Source of the DNA: Botryllus schlosseri
Taxonomy: Eukaryota
Assembly (NCBI GenBank): GCA_051294905.1
Contig: CM119371.1
Location: 35,652,001 to 35,712,000 of the forward strand
DNA: 60,000 nucleotides
Reading direction: 5' to 3'
The notes beneath the pieces were generated by a model, which saw only the letters and a program-made list of their open reading frames with translations, was not told where the DNA came from and did not search any database. Of the stretch, positions 12,301-23,700 are shown one piece after another; position 1 is the first letter of the stretch, and every line of letters starts with the position of its first letter. The position numbers and the translations under genes are program-made.

Positions 12301-14694
12301 TGAAAGTAAGTAGTTTCGTCTAAAAACTGTTCAAGTAGAAGTGGTGGTGGTCTCAAAACATAACCACTTAAGTATCTAGTTGATGTCGGTAAAACTTACA
12401 CGAGTAATTCGAAAAAGTACTGACCACCTCTGACTATATAACATACAGATCAGATACCATCACCACGCTATCATTTTGCAGCCTACCCCGCCCCCGTTCA
12501 GTGACTGGTACATCGCTCCCAATGGATGCTCCTACAAGTACTTTCCCGAGCCCTTGAATTTTGTAGCATCTCGGATGAGATGCAAGATAGATAGGCCCGG
12601 GGCGGATCTGGCTGCGCTCGGAGTGCGTCAAGGCGTTGGAAATTATCTGGAGTGAGTTTTTCTTATTTTAATTAGGAATGCCGGCATAAGTACTATTGCT
12701 AGCAATACTCCCAGTTTATTCACAATATATTTGATGAAATTTCACCCAAGGTGGCTTCCTAGATATATCCAATCATTTAGAATAGAAAGATCTTCTAGGT
12801 GGTATAGCACTTCAATATACAATTGAATAGTATATTCATACTGAAATGGACCCGAATATTTTCGGCCGAAAATCGACGATTACACATGACGAGTATCAGC
12901 GGAAAATATTCGGGTTCATTTCAATATAAATATACTATTCAATGGCATATTAAAATAGAAACTGCGTGATCACACAGTGATTTGAAGCTCGAGTGAACTA
13001 GTATGATATTCTTGAAAATATCTAGGATTACAGGATGCTAAAGCAAACCTAATACCAGGGATCATCGAATCAGTGAACGTTGATAACACAGCTGTAACCA
13101 AGTCACAATGATCCGAGTCCCAACTCCGACGGACATACAGAAGTTTATTTCCAAATGCAAGAAAGTATTGCGGTGAATTGATGGCCTGGCATACGACTAT
13201 CCGGTCAATTTCACTTAGATAGTTTCGACTCGAGTCAAGTCGAGTCATTTTCAATTCATCGCCTTGTCAAATCCGAGTCCAGGTCAAAGAATGGATAGCT
13301 GATTTCGAGTCATAGTGTTAAGACTCGATTCATAGTGTTAAGACTCGTGTCCGAGCCCAATTCAGTGTGGTTATTGTTCAGTTTCCAGCTCACGTAATGT
13401 TCCACCCACTTTACTACAACTCTGGTTGGATTATATCGAATCACTCGCGTTCATAATACGGTAAATCTCCTCCTTGTTAACCGTTTCTAGCCCTAATTTT
13501 CATGCGCAAGTACTGTTACAAGAAATACCAATAATGTGGAACCTAACTATTCTTTGAAGTTATGCCTGTCTTATGGCCGTCCCCGTCTCGATTCATGCGC
13601 AATGACTCGAATACAAGTCGAGTCGAGTCAATATCAGCATTTTGGAAATTGACTCGAGTCAAATGGAGTCACCGAAAATAGCGACTAGAGTCGGACTCGA
13701 GACAAGTCATAACTCGAAACATTACAGTCCTGGTTGATACTCAAGATGAAATAAAAGCAACACCGTAAATTTTTTAGTACATGCTGAAGTAGCGATTTAT
13801 AATATACGTCGCTACTGCTTTAATCGGAAGAAGTAAATGAGAAGTCTGAAAGTACTCAAGTATGCAGTTTCAAAGTAGCAAGATAAATTTCGTCAAGCTG
13901 GTGTGGTATTCATGGTGTTTGTCAACCACTATGGTTATTTAAACCAACCAATTTTCTTCATTTATGTTCCGTAAATTCCTACTTGTAGCACGGCCCACTT
14001 CTAGGCTTTTATAAGACACCGCTAACACGGCTGAGATCCGTCGCATACTTTTAATCTGGGGCGGCTACTTTCAAAAGTGCAAGATCTGTGTTCGCGGCTA
14101 ACGAAGAATAACTACTCACACTACAAATAGGTTACATTTTCAAAACAGCATTCAGTAACCTCGATACCGGGGCTATTTCACGCGGTTCTTACGGTTATGT
14201 GACTCGTAAAGTTATTCAAACCTATCACATAACTGCTGCTTTCCACTTTTTAAAAAGCAGTAAGCTGGTCCAGTAAAAGTGGAAGTGATCAATGGAAGTA
14301 GGCTAAAACTACTTGAGTATTCCTAAAGTATAAAAGTAATTAGCTAATGTCCACTTCTGATATCAAGGAACAGGTATACAAGATGTAACCCATTTCTGAA
14401 GATAAAAAAACATTGCGCCGCAGTTAGTAAAATAAGAACGTATTTTCATCATTTCTCATAAATATCTTCAGAGATATAAAAGCGAACACGCAAGCTGCTG
14501 CGAACACGTTTTGGGTTGGACTCGGAGACGAGAACAATGACAGCTTGATGGAATGGACAGACGGCGTAAATCCGGCGATTGCCTTTACTCCTGTGCCAGG
14601 AGTCTGCTCCGTAACCGGCCCAGCAGGGTTGTTTCTGTATTCATGCAAAGATAGATTATTTCCGCGACTTTGCAGCGTTTGTGGTAGCTCGTGA
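9313..14694 (+). CDS. Gene 1 (spliced, 6 coding exons, 227 aa): secreted protein with cationic Trp/Arg-rich N-terminal region and C-terminal C-type lectin-like domain
   Basis: Exons 9313-9376, 10512-10552, 11259-11358, 11629-11714, 12482-12651, 14472-14694. All introns are GT-AG and the 684-nt frame is open. Protein: MKVLRLSVIVIFLIVIIVQDSESTRRGSSANDGHEGKRPKGFSGKGSSKLSGILEYLKKIRNKFGQHRDKKTGTGPGWKRRPWWNRWNRPTGYPWYRPTPPPFSDWYIAPNGCSYKYFPEPLNFVASRMRCKIDRPGADLAALGVRQGVGNYLEDIKANTQAAANTFWVGLGDENNDSLMEWTDGVNPAIAFTPVPGVCSVTGPAGLFLYSCKDRLFPRLCSVCGSS. Exon structure matches gene 2. Confidence 0.88.
10512..10552 (+). CDS. Gene 1 coding exon 2 (41 nt)
   Basis: CAG acceptor, GTAAGC donor, ESTRRGSSANDGHE. 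Same length and phase as 18595-18635. Confidence 0.85.
11259..11358 (+). CDS. Gene 1 coding exon 3: cationic amphipathic helix
   Basis: TAG acceptor, GTAAGT donor, GKRPKGFSGKGSSKLSGILEYLKKIRNKFGQHR. Shares YxxKIRxKF with gene 2 exon 3. Confidence 0.85.
11629..11714 (+). CDS. Gene 1 coding exon 4: Trp/Arg/Pro-rich segment
   Basis: TTCAG acceptor, GTATGT donor, DKKTGTGPGWKRRPWWNRWNRPTGYPWYR. Phases (1,0) match gene 2 exon 4. Confidence 0.8.
12482..12651 (+). CDS. Gene 1 coding exon 5: C-type lectin domain, N-terminal half
   Basis: TTTTGCAG acceptor, GTGAGT donor, W...GCSYKYF...C...GADLA. 170 nt, same as 25291-25460. Confidence 0.92.
12822..12943. repeat. Short hairpin MITE in gene 1 intron 5
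   Basis: About 40-bp inverted arms ATTGAATAGTATATT...CCCGAATATTTT / AAAATATTCGGG...ATATACTATTCAAT. Related fragments near 17325-17362 and 53145-53175. Confidence 0.65.
13087..13732. mobile_element. GACTCGAGTC-repeat hAT-like MITE
   Basis: Inverted copy of the 18685-19147 family. Flanks GTTGATAA / GTTGATAC (7/8 TSD). Confidence 0.7.
14472..14694 (+). CDS. Gene 1 coding exon 6: C-type lectin domain, C-terminal half
   Basis: CTTCAG acceptor, FWVGL-D...WTDG...C...C...LC, TGA at 14692-14694. Confidence 0.92.
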
Positions 14695-14713
14695 TTTTCT
14701 TTTTTCTTCAAGA

Positions 14714-14719
14714 AATAAA
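14714..14719 (+). terminator. Polyadenylation signal of gene 1
   Basis: AATAAA 20 nt after the stop. The context AATAAATCGC is shared with gene 2. Confidence 0.7.
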
Positions 14720-17693
14720 TCGCGCATTGTAGACGTCTATCGCGTTTAGTGCTGAACGCGTCACAGTGAATGTAACGATCTATAAATGAGACGACGAAGA
14801 AAATGGTGAATAAAACACCGAAAACAGGTTTATGGTTAGGTAGCGTGATTATTCGTCACACGTATAATGGAGAATTTCTTAGTAATCTTAACATATACCA
14901 TAAAAAACAACTTTGTATTTCATCATGATATCATTCGCTGCATCACTGTGGTAATGTTGGTACAGAAATTCAACACAGAACTCAGAGGAACATCGCAACG
15001 TAGCAGAACTATATATCCCAAGGTATTGGGGTTGTAAATAATGGATTTATACGCTTCTGTTACTGAAAAGTGACTGGCCTACAGGCCTAAATTATCGTAA
15101 AGTGACAAAGTTATCTATATATGGATGAGATCGCAAACTGCATAAATTTTTGTCTATGGTGTAAAATAGTTTCTGGATTCTAGATTCCACTGATTCTTTG
15201 GCAATACTTGATCCAAATGAGGGGTCCTTACGGGCACAAAGTGACTTCAAATCTACGAGAATTTTACTGACGAGTCGTTACAAAATCATGTGCTTAGACA
15301 TTTCGTAAAACTCAGATAATTTTGAGCGACATCTTACAAATTGCATCAACAGTGTTGTGATTATGATACTAATATAAATCGACAAGAGTGCCGTGGGCCA
15401 CAAGACAAAAGCACGCTCCAATGCAACTCACATTCAGGTAACATTTCAAAGTCAAACAATTAAATCTGTATATTTACTAATTCCTATAAGTCAGACCAAA
15501 AATATTAGAACTCAATCAAAATAACCATACATCTCGACATGGTCGTGCATTTGTACAAATGCTATATATAAGCAGGCACAAGTGACATCTACATTCTGGA
15601 TTAAGACACTGTGACGCAGTCATATTCTCAAACGCCACTATCAAGGATTTCGATAACTGCTTGCCCCTTCAAATATCGCGTATATTTACCGTGTGTTTCA
15701 GACTTCAGTGTGACATTCAGTAACGTCATATGCTCATCGTCACGCTGTTGTTCACAGACAACCTTTGATAACAGTTTGCACCATTCCTAATATCCAGTTT
15801 TCACGGTAATTAATCCGGCACTTATACCTAATCTTATTTACGCGATTTTCGATTCGTCACCGGCAGGCACTCATTACGTATTTTGCGACGAAAACATTTA
15901 TATAATGCCATTAATTATTCAGCAACCGTGAATCTGAACTCTATGTGCCTACATGATCAAACTCTAAAGCGGCAGAATTAACTCCCGGTGTTCTGCCACA
16001 TAGGTATAAATCAATGCCTGCAGGTACGAACATTGACGAAAATTGGGGATAGATTGTGTAATGTCAGGTCGAGGCAAGAAATTGGCCCCCATTGCTTTCG
16101 GGTCGCGTGTAATTGCCGGAAGACTATATATCGTATCGACAAAAGCCAGATACCGTATCTTTACGGCTACGCTACGCCAGGGCAGAGTAAGAATATTTTT
16201 TGCGAACATCCCATGAAAGGCAGAAGATCTACATTCGCGAGGCGTTCAGGTCAGGGTTATGTTATGTTTAGGTTTGCAGAGATTACAATATGCTATTTCG
16301 TGACCTCCTATATCTGCTATGTCAAAGGATTTGGAAATCACCAAAACTAAATGGCACACACGATTTCAAATTGGTATTGCTTTACTGGCAAATAATTTTT
16401 CCCTGCGGGATGTCATTTGGCCTGTGGGGCTCAGATCGCCAGGACAGGAACATTCGGCGCCGGTCATTTAGCCGCCTATGGACAATTAAACATATATGTA
16501 TGTTGTATATATCCAAGTTTTCGGTCAGAACATTCCTTCTCGGTGAAGCTCTTCTCGCTACTGATCGTTCTGGCACACTTCTCGGAGTCGCATGTTTCAT
16601 GGCCTATAACTTCATATGTATTGGTGCGTCGACGCGCAGTAATGGCCGACGCCGAAGTCTCCATTTCTATAAAATCTACGTATTTTCGTGAGGGAAGGGT
16701 AACCAATGATTAAGATATTTGACAATATTGAATTGCGCCATCAGCGCGAAAATATTTTGAAAAAGTGGCATAAATGTCCAAAAAAAATACTCTATAATTT
16801 ATGTTAATTATCGAAATAATTTTGGGCCCGTTCGAGCTTGCCCCCATCCCAATTGGGGGATTTGGGGTGCGGCAATTACGGCCCTGTTCCCCACTACCCA
16901 ACACTTTTTTCATTACAAAGCAGATATTTGCTGATTTGACTACACAAGACACCCAACCACACCAGTACGCAAGACAATCGCCTATAATTGCAACATAAAA
17001 GGCATTGTGAACCGATACCAGCAACGGTCAAAATTTCGCGAAAGCGTAATTTCACGTCAAACCAGTCGTGCGGGATGCGTTTGTGACGCCATCATTGGCC
17101 ATCCAGAGTTAAAAAATGAGGTTTTGTGAACAACACGCAATACAATTTTCGATACATACATTCCAGAGCAGGTAACTGGTAACGGTAATTGCGCATGTTT
17201 CTCCGTGAATATGTAGACTGCCCTGCATATAATTTTGAAGAAATGGGTCTATTTCCTACCAGAAATCATTGAATTCCCCACCAGTGGGGAATTCCGCACC
17301 ATTTGGGAACAACTGGTCTAAAACATTCGGGCTCGTTTCAATATGAATTTCAATATTCAATTGTTTAGGGTTGTACTTCCATTTTATGTCATAGTTGTTT
17401 CCTCTTTGCAATTCGGTGTCTGGCACTAGAATGAATCTTCCATCGCCATCCGCCTATGAAATTTGTATCCGGGCCTGAATATCGTTGTTTATTTGAGCCT
17501 CCCTAGTACAGAGTGGTAGAACAGAAACCTAAATTCACACACTCCCGCGATATATATCCATAATAATCAGTTTATTGCGTTCGTTTTCACCCATTCTAGC
17601 AAAATGTTGGAGTCGATGAGGATGTTTACGAAATTGGAGCTCTACACTATGTCGTATATCGTTTAATCACATGATTTCCATTTACAGTGTAGG

Positions 17694-17751
17694 ATGAAGA
17701 TCTTGTGGCTCTCTGTAATCATTACCTTGCTCATCGCCGTTCAGCAATCGG
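17694..17751 (+). CDS. Gene 2 coding exon 1: signal peptide
   Basis: MKILWLSVIITLLIAVQQS+G, donor GTAAGT. Confidence 0.88.
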
Positions 17752-20700
17752 GTAAGTGTGGAGTGACACAGCGCCCTGTGATTGCGCACACGCAGGATCT
17801 TATCTATTCGCATTCCTATGTATCGTGAAAGTAAAATTGAGACAAGTATTTTAATTCGATTTGTATGATCTTGATTTTACAACTCCTCAAAGATTAAGAT
17901 TATAGTAATATTGCGTTTGCTCAATCATGTAGAAAACGCAGTGTTTCGAAATCGAATTCAAAGATTTTCATATCGTTGGTAATGGCGCAAGTTGTTTAAT
18001 ATATGCAATATAGCGCAACCCCTAGTCATGTGAAGGAAGAAGTAGAATTCGTTACCTCCTATATTATATTTTGGAAACTTCGATTTCAACTGTGTTCGTT
18101 GCTATAAAAAATCCGTGGTGTTGTAGCACTGTTCAAAAGATTTAAGCCCCCATTTCCAACGAGCTCTTCAGATCTTTACCGCGTGAAAAAATTACCCCGA
18201 ACATTTATGGTCATGTCTTGGCTATATCCTTCCTATACGGCTACCACACGCGTCGTTCAAGTAGGCTACGGTAAAGCTGCTTAAACTAGCCATTCCAAAA
18301 GGTTAGCTACATCTGCAATTCCAATAACTCGCGGAAACTGTGAGAATTCACTGACTAGTTATCCAGATCTATATATAAGCTACAGTTTATCCGGATCGGG
18401 AAAGCTGCACGTGCGCTGGGCCCATGTTTAACTGCGAAAACCGCAGGTGATCGAAGAAGAACATCTGAACTGAACACACAAACTTGGCACGGGGCCTACG
18501 CTAAGTTATAAGTTATCGTAGGCCCCGCTTGGCATTACTTGGAAATAGGGCATTTCACGGGAGTTCTAATGTGTTATCATATCTGTTTCTATAGAGTCTA
18601 CCAAAAGCTCAGACGAACTGAAGAAAGGATGGGAAGTAAGATTTGGTTTGGCCTATTTTCTCATATAACTTACTGTATGCCAATCAGGGTTGTATTGACT
18701 CGAGTCATGACTCGACTCGACTCGACTCAAGTCAATTAGTGCGTTGACTCGATTTGGACTCGAGTCATTTCTCATGACTCGAACTAAGTCATATGACTCG
18801 AGACTCAGACGGCCAAGACCGACATTTCATTGTAATTTCGAAAAATAGTAAAGTAACCACACTATTGGAATTTCGTTTATCGGTACTGGTACTTGAAGAA
18901 GCGACCAGAAGCTTCTAAAACTGAGGAAAATCAGTATATTATAAATCAAAACCATTCAAACAATACTTTAGCTGGAAACTGTACAGTCAAAAAAATGACT
19001 TGGACTCGGACTCGAGTCATAATACCATGACTTGGACTCGGACTTGACTCGGCGGTGAATTGTAAATGACTTGACTTGAGTCGAGTCAAAAACTATAAAA
19101 GTGAGATTGACTTGTGACTCGGAGTCTTGTGAGTGGTTACAACTCTGATGCCAATAACGCATGGAATCATTGTTGATCGCCAATGTCCAAGTCGGATTTA
19201 TTGTATAATCAAAATACTCTTCTGTAAGGTATGAACTGTATAACCTACGAATATAAACAAATGTTTCATATATAGGATACGATTTCCAAATGGCTCTCTC
19301 AAGGGAAGTCGTGCACACTTGCAGAGATGAGCGCTTACCAAGAGAAAATCCGAGGAAAGTTCAAACTTTTAGGTGAGTGTGTAGTTTTTGTTGGAATATA
19401 GTTATGGCATAGGCTACTCAGGGACCATAATAGAGAACATTGACCTGGCGTTATATGACACTTGACACCGCAACATCATGAATACCGAACAAAAACAACG
19501 CGACAGGAACAGCAACAATAACAATAACAATAACAACAACTACGACAACTAGTAATAACAACGAGACTGTTCAGCATTTTGTGGTGAGTGTTGGAAATAT
19601 ATTGAAGCAGCATAGTAAACATTGCCACGCAGGGAATGCTAATGGAATGCAATGAAATAATGAATGAAATAATGAATGAATGAATAAATGAGTTAATTAA
19701 TTAATGACTTAATAAATGAAAGAATGCATGAATTATTGAATGAACGTAGTCCGCAAGTGACGCAAACTCATAAAAATGAATTTCTACTTTGCGAAATCAA
19801 AAGTGTAAAAAGCAGCAGTCTTTCTGTAAAATACTGCTCAAGCAAAAATGGAAGTACTTTAAAAAAGAAGTAGCCTACTTGATTAAGTAGTGATGCAACC
19901 AGACAAAACCTGATTGAATACTGCGAAAAAAAGTACTTCGTTACATACCACCCCCTCATGCCGCATCTCTAATAGAGGGCTCTGTAATATCTGGCGAAAA
20001 TTCGCGAAATATAAAAATCCTAAGCTTCTGATTCGTCGCATTTGTTCGAAATGATATTTTACACGTGGCGAATTTTGAGAGTCAAGTGTCTTCGTTGAAA
20101 CTTTGCGTATAAGCAATGAGATTTAATTGGCATTTTCAAAATACAGGTATAAAATCGGGAAAGGTGTCCTTCAGAAAACTCTGGGCAGAGTTACTGGCAC
20201 GGTATCCACGACTACGAGGGATTTTCCACTACCGGGTATGAGCTAATATCGTTTTTCGTAGAAATTCCATGATGTGATGTTATATATAATATGGGATGAT
20301 GCTTATCCATGAAAGATTCAGATTCATTTGCTAATGCGACCTGGAACTCGAACTGGACTCAAGGACGTTACGTCGAATTGGTTTCTTTACGACTGCGAGA
20401 CCCTGCGATCATTTCTACTCAAACAGAAGTAGAAGTGACGCCGTAATTTGCATGTAGAAGTAGCATTAAATAGCACAAGACTTCAAGTGGGAGTATAAAT
20501 TAAGGTCGCAAAGGCACTCAATTCAGTACTTTTAAAAACCAGATTTGTGGTTTAGCGTTGGTACTCAATTACGTGCAGAAGTATCAATTTAAAAGACATG
20601 TCAAGTAGAAAATAAAGACCTGAAAAAGACAATGTGAATAGACTCAAAATATATATTTGATCGTAGGTTCTCATACTGTTAGCAGTTGTTTGGAGGCGTA

Positions 20701-23700
20701 AAATTTCGAAATGGCTTATTGCATTTTCGTGACTGACTGATGATACTACAAACATGTATGAATTAGACATACGCTCATAATAAGTGTGATGGAAACATAC
20801 CCAAAGTACGTGTAGAATAATAATGTTCAGTAAAACAGTCAAGTTGACGTGAAGGTATAGTCAACACATAACCACTAGAGCAGTAGTTCTCAATCTGAGG
20901 GGAGGTGCGAGGCCGCCTGAGAGAAATGAAGTTTCTGGAACTCGGAATGAGTGTGATTTGTAATGAAACTTCCAAGTTTCAACAACGGCCATAATCCTAA
21001 TTATGTTACGATCATAATGCATGGCTGCGTGATAGTGGACGTTACACCGAACAGAAAAAGTCTCTGAATAAGGAGTAAATGGTGAATTCGTGTGGGTGTT
21101 AAATGATGCTTTTACGAACTGTTTGTCAAGCATCTGTACAGAGTGCGTAGAAAGACACAAAGTTATGGAGAAAATATCTATATCCTATACCTATACGTTC
21201 ATGTCATATGCCATGTACAATATGACTTTTGGATCTACGAAACAGGGATTTAATTCGAGGTGGCTAAAAACGTCGAAGGATAGCCACTCAGAGTACTCAA
21301 TTAGGACACATTTTGTGTAATGCCACTGTCAAAAAAGCATTTTATGGCGGCCCAAAAGTATTCAATTGAATCATTCCCTTGCCTATTATCTCCGAAGATT
21401 CACCTGACGCTCTTAATTATTGCTCTGTTTATAGTTTAGAGGTTTGTTTAACAACATAATAACCATCCGCTCCCTCAAACTATGCGTTGGGATTGCAAAC
21501 TTTCCGGTCGCTCTTTTTAATATTTTAATAGTATGACGATAAGGAAGGTACGTAAATTGTCACTATCATCAAGGTGGCGTGTCTGAAAACGTTCGTGAAC
21601 CGCTGCACTAGTAACTAGAGTATCACGTGCAAATAGGCCAAACGTAGCCTACTTGAGTGCTCCAAGAAAGTAGAAGTACATCTTTACTGACTCTCCAAGT
21701 GAACAATACCTTGTATACGCTGTTGTTGTAGTTGTTCTTACTTGTTATTGGTGCTCAGCGTCAAATAGTTATTTCTACCAGACCTAGATGAGTATTATGC
21801 ATAGTTTTATATGATATATCGAGAGCTGTGAGTAAGAGATATTACATCAAAGGAACGACGGTATAAGGATTGATTAGATTACATTGTGATGCAAACATAA
21901 ACTAAATACAAATACTTATAGAATACAAAACCCGACGTCTCAAAAGTAGGTAGTTTTGCCTGGTAAACTGATAAGTGAAACTAAACTGAGAACATCGCCA
22001 CACTCACAGCAATAAAATAAGACTATTTGGGAACTCCTCTTGAAAAAGGACACATTGTAAAGGCTAACTTTATCGTTAATAAACATTTCTGTAAATAATA
22101 TCCTTCATAAGTTGCAATACGATATACAGTTAAAACAAAATCAGATGAATTGAAGTGAAAGCAGTTCAACATATAACCTCCAGATTAGAGTAGGGTTATC
22201 ATTAGGGCAAGTTTTTGCAACTTTTGCAACCTTTTTCACAGCTTCCGGCAGCTTCCTAAATACTCGGAGTTATGTAAAATGCTGTTTTAAGCTGTTTGAA
22301 GGAATCTTATTGTGTAAATTTCTGCAACTTTTGTCCATTTTTTATGTAACTTTTTGCAACCTTTTCGATTTTTCGTGCAGCCAACTTTTACTGGAAATAT
22401 TTGGCAATATATGTAAATAGATCGCTTGATTATGTCACTGTTTTTTGAGAATTTTGGTGAAATATACGGCCAAATTCGACTGAAATACCATGAATCAGCA
22501 CTGAAGTAACGCTCTAACGTATTCCGGGAGCTGAGCCGAAAAGTTGACCTTTTTTTCTAGTCAACCAATGAAGAATGTGGATGGAAAACTGTATTTCGGG
22601 AGTGAAACTGGGAAGTTGACCTTTTTTTAGTCAACCGACCAAAATGCGGTCTTTTAGTGCAACTTTTGTGAAAAAATAAATGCAACTTGCGACGGATTTA
22701 ACTGCAACCAAAACTTGCCCTGGTTATCACACGTCCATGTCGTGGCCAATGTTCTCTCTAAGCTGCGCACGTGCGCAAATGCGCAGTGCTGAAACGATCT
22801 CTGCGCACAGAAAATCTATGCTGCGCACAAAAAATCTGAAGTGATGATTTTTTATTACTCGAAGCGCACTGTTCTACAAAGGACCGGGCAAGCGCGCATA
22901 CTCGTGAAAAATTAGAGGGGACACAGCCAGGGGCAAATAGTGTTATCGCTGAAGTCTGAAACCGAGGTACAAGTGCGGCCCGTAAAGGCAAATATTGCGC
23001 TCTGCGAAGAAATGAAAATTGGCAATGACGGGCGCCTCACGAAAGAAATTTTTCTTCTAGTATATGGTCTCGTACGCGTGAGCGATACTGATATCATTTC
23101 AATAGCCCAATCTATCCTGAGTTTGGCGAAATAAGATGGTTACATGGTCTAAGTTATAAATAACAATGGGTTAGCTCGAAATTAGTCTGCGAGAAACTTA
23201 CGAATAATATTTTCCGCGTGGCATGAACATTGCATAAGATTTTCTGTACAATTCCATGCCGTGAATTTTCGAAGTCATCACTTACATCATGCAAATCTGA
23301 TCAAGTATGGTGGGACAGGATAATATGCAGAATATGCAAGTACAAGCACCAATATTGTTGAAAAAATCCATCCCCTTGCAAGCGTTGATCGGGAAATGCT
23401 TCAACAGCGCACTGTGGGGCGTTGAATTAGGCCTACATCAGCTTCTCAGCAGCACAAATTTTGATTTTATTCGATTCGTTTGAACGGGAATCTTCTCTCG
23501 ATAAGGTCATACGCTAATATTATTCTTGCTTCAGTCAGACTTGAATATTCGTATCATTTTGTCCTGATAGTAATGAGTGCATTGCCGGTATTAAGACGTC
23601 ACATCAGTGTTTAAACGCGGTAGGCCTATATCGATCGCATGTATTGATTTAAAGGGCGTCCTCGTGCGTGTACGTACCAGAGGTGGTCAAAGTAGTTACC

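Noticed and set aside
14424..14711. Minus-strand ORF similar to minus-strand ORFs at 28305-28654
   Set aside because: Antisense shadows of lectin exon 6. The + frame carries the WxGL/WTDG/Cys motifs, splice acceptor, stop and poly(A) signal.
15562..15572. TATATATAAG as promoter of gene 2
   Set aside because: It is 2.1 kb upstream with no linked exon, and the same motif occurs inside intron 1 (about 18370), so it is not diagnostic.
15964..17024. Cluster of 65-133 aa ORFs between the two lectin genes
   Set aside because: They overlap on both strands, mostly start at non-ATG codons, show no domain motifs and include repeat fragments.
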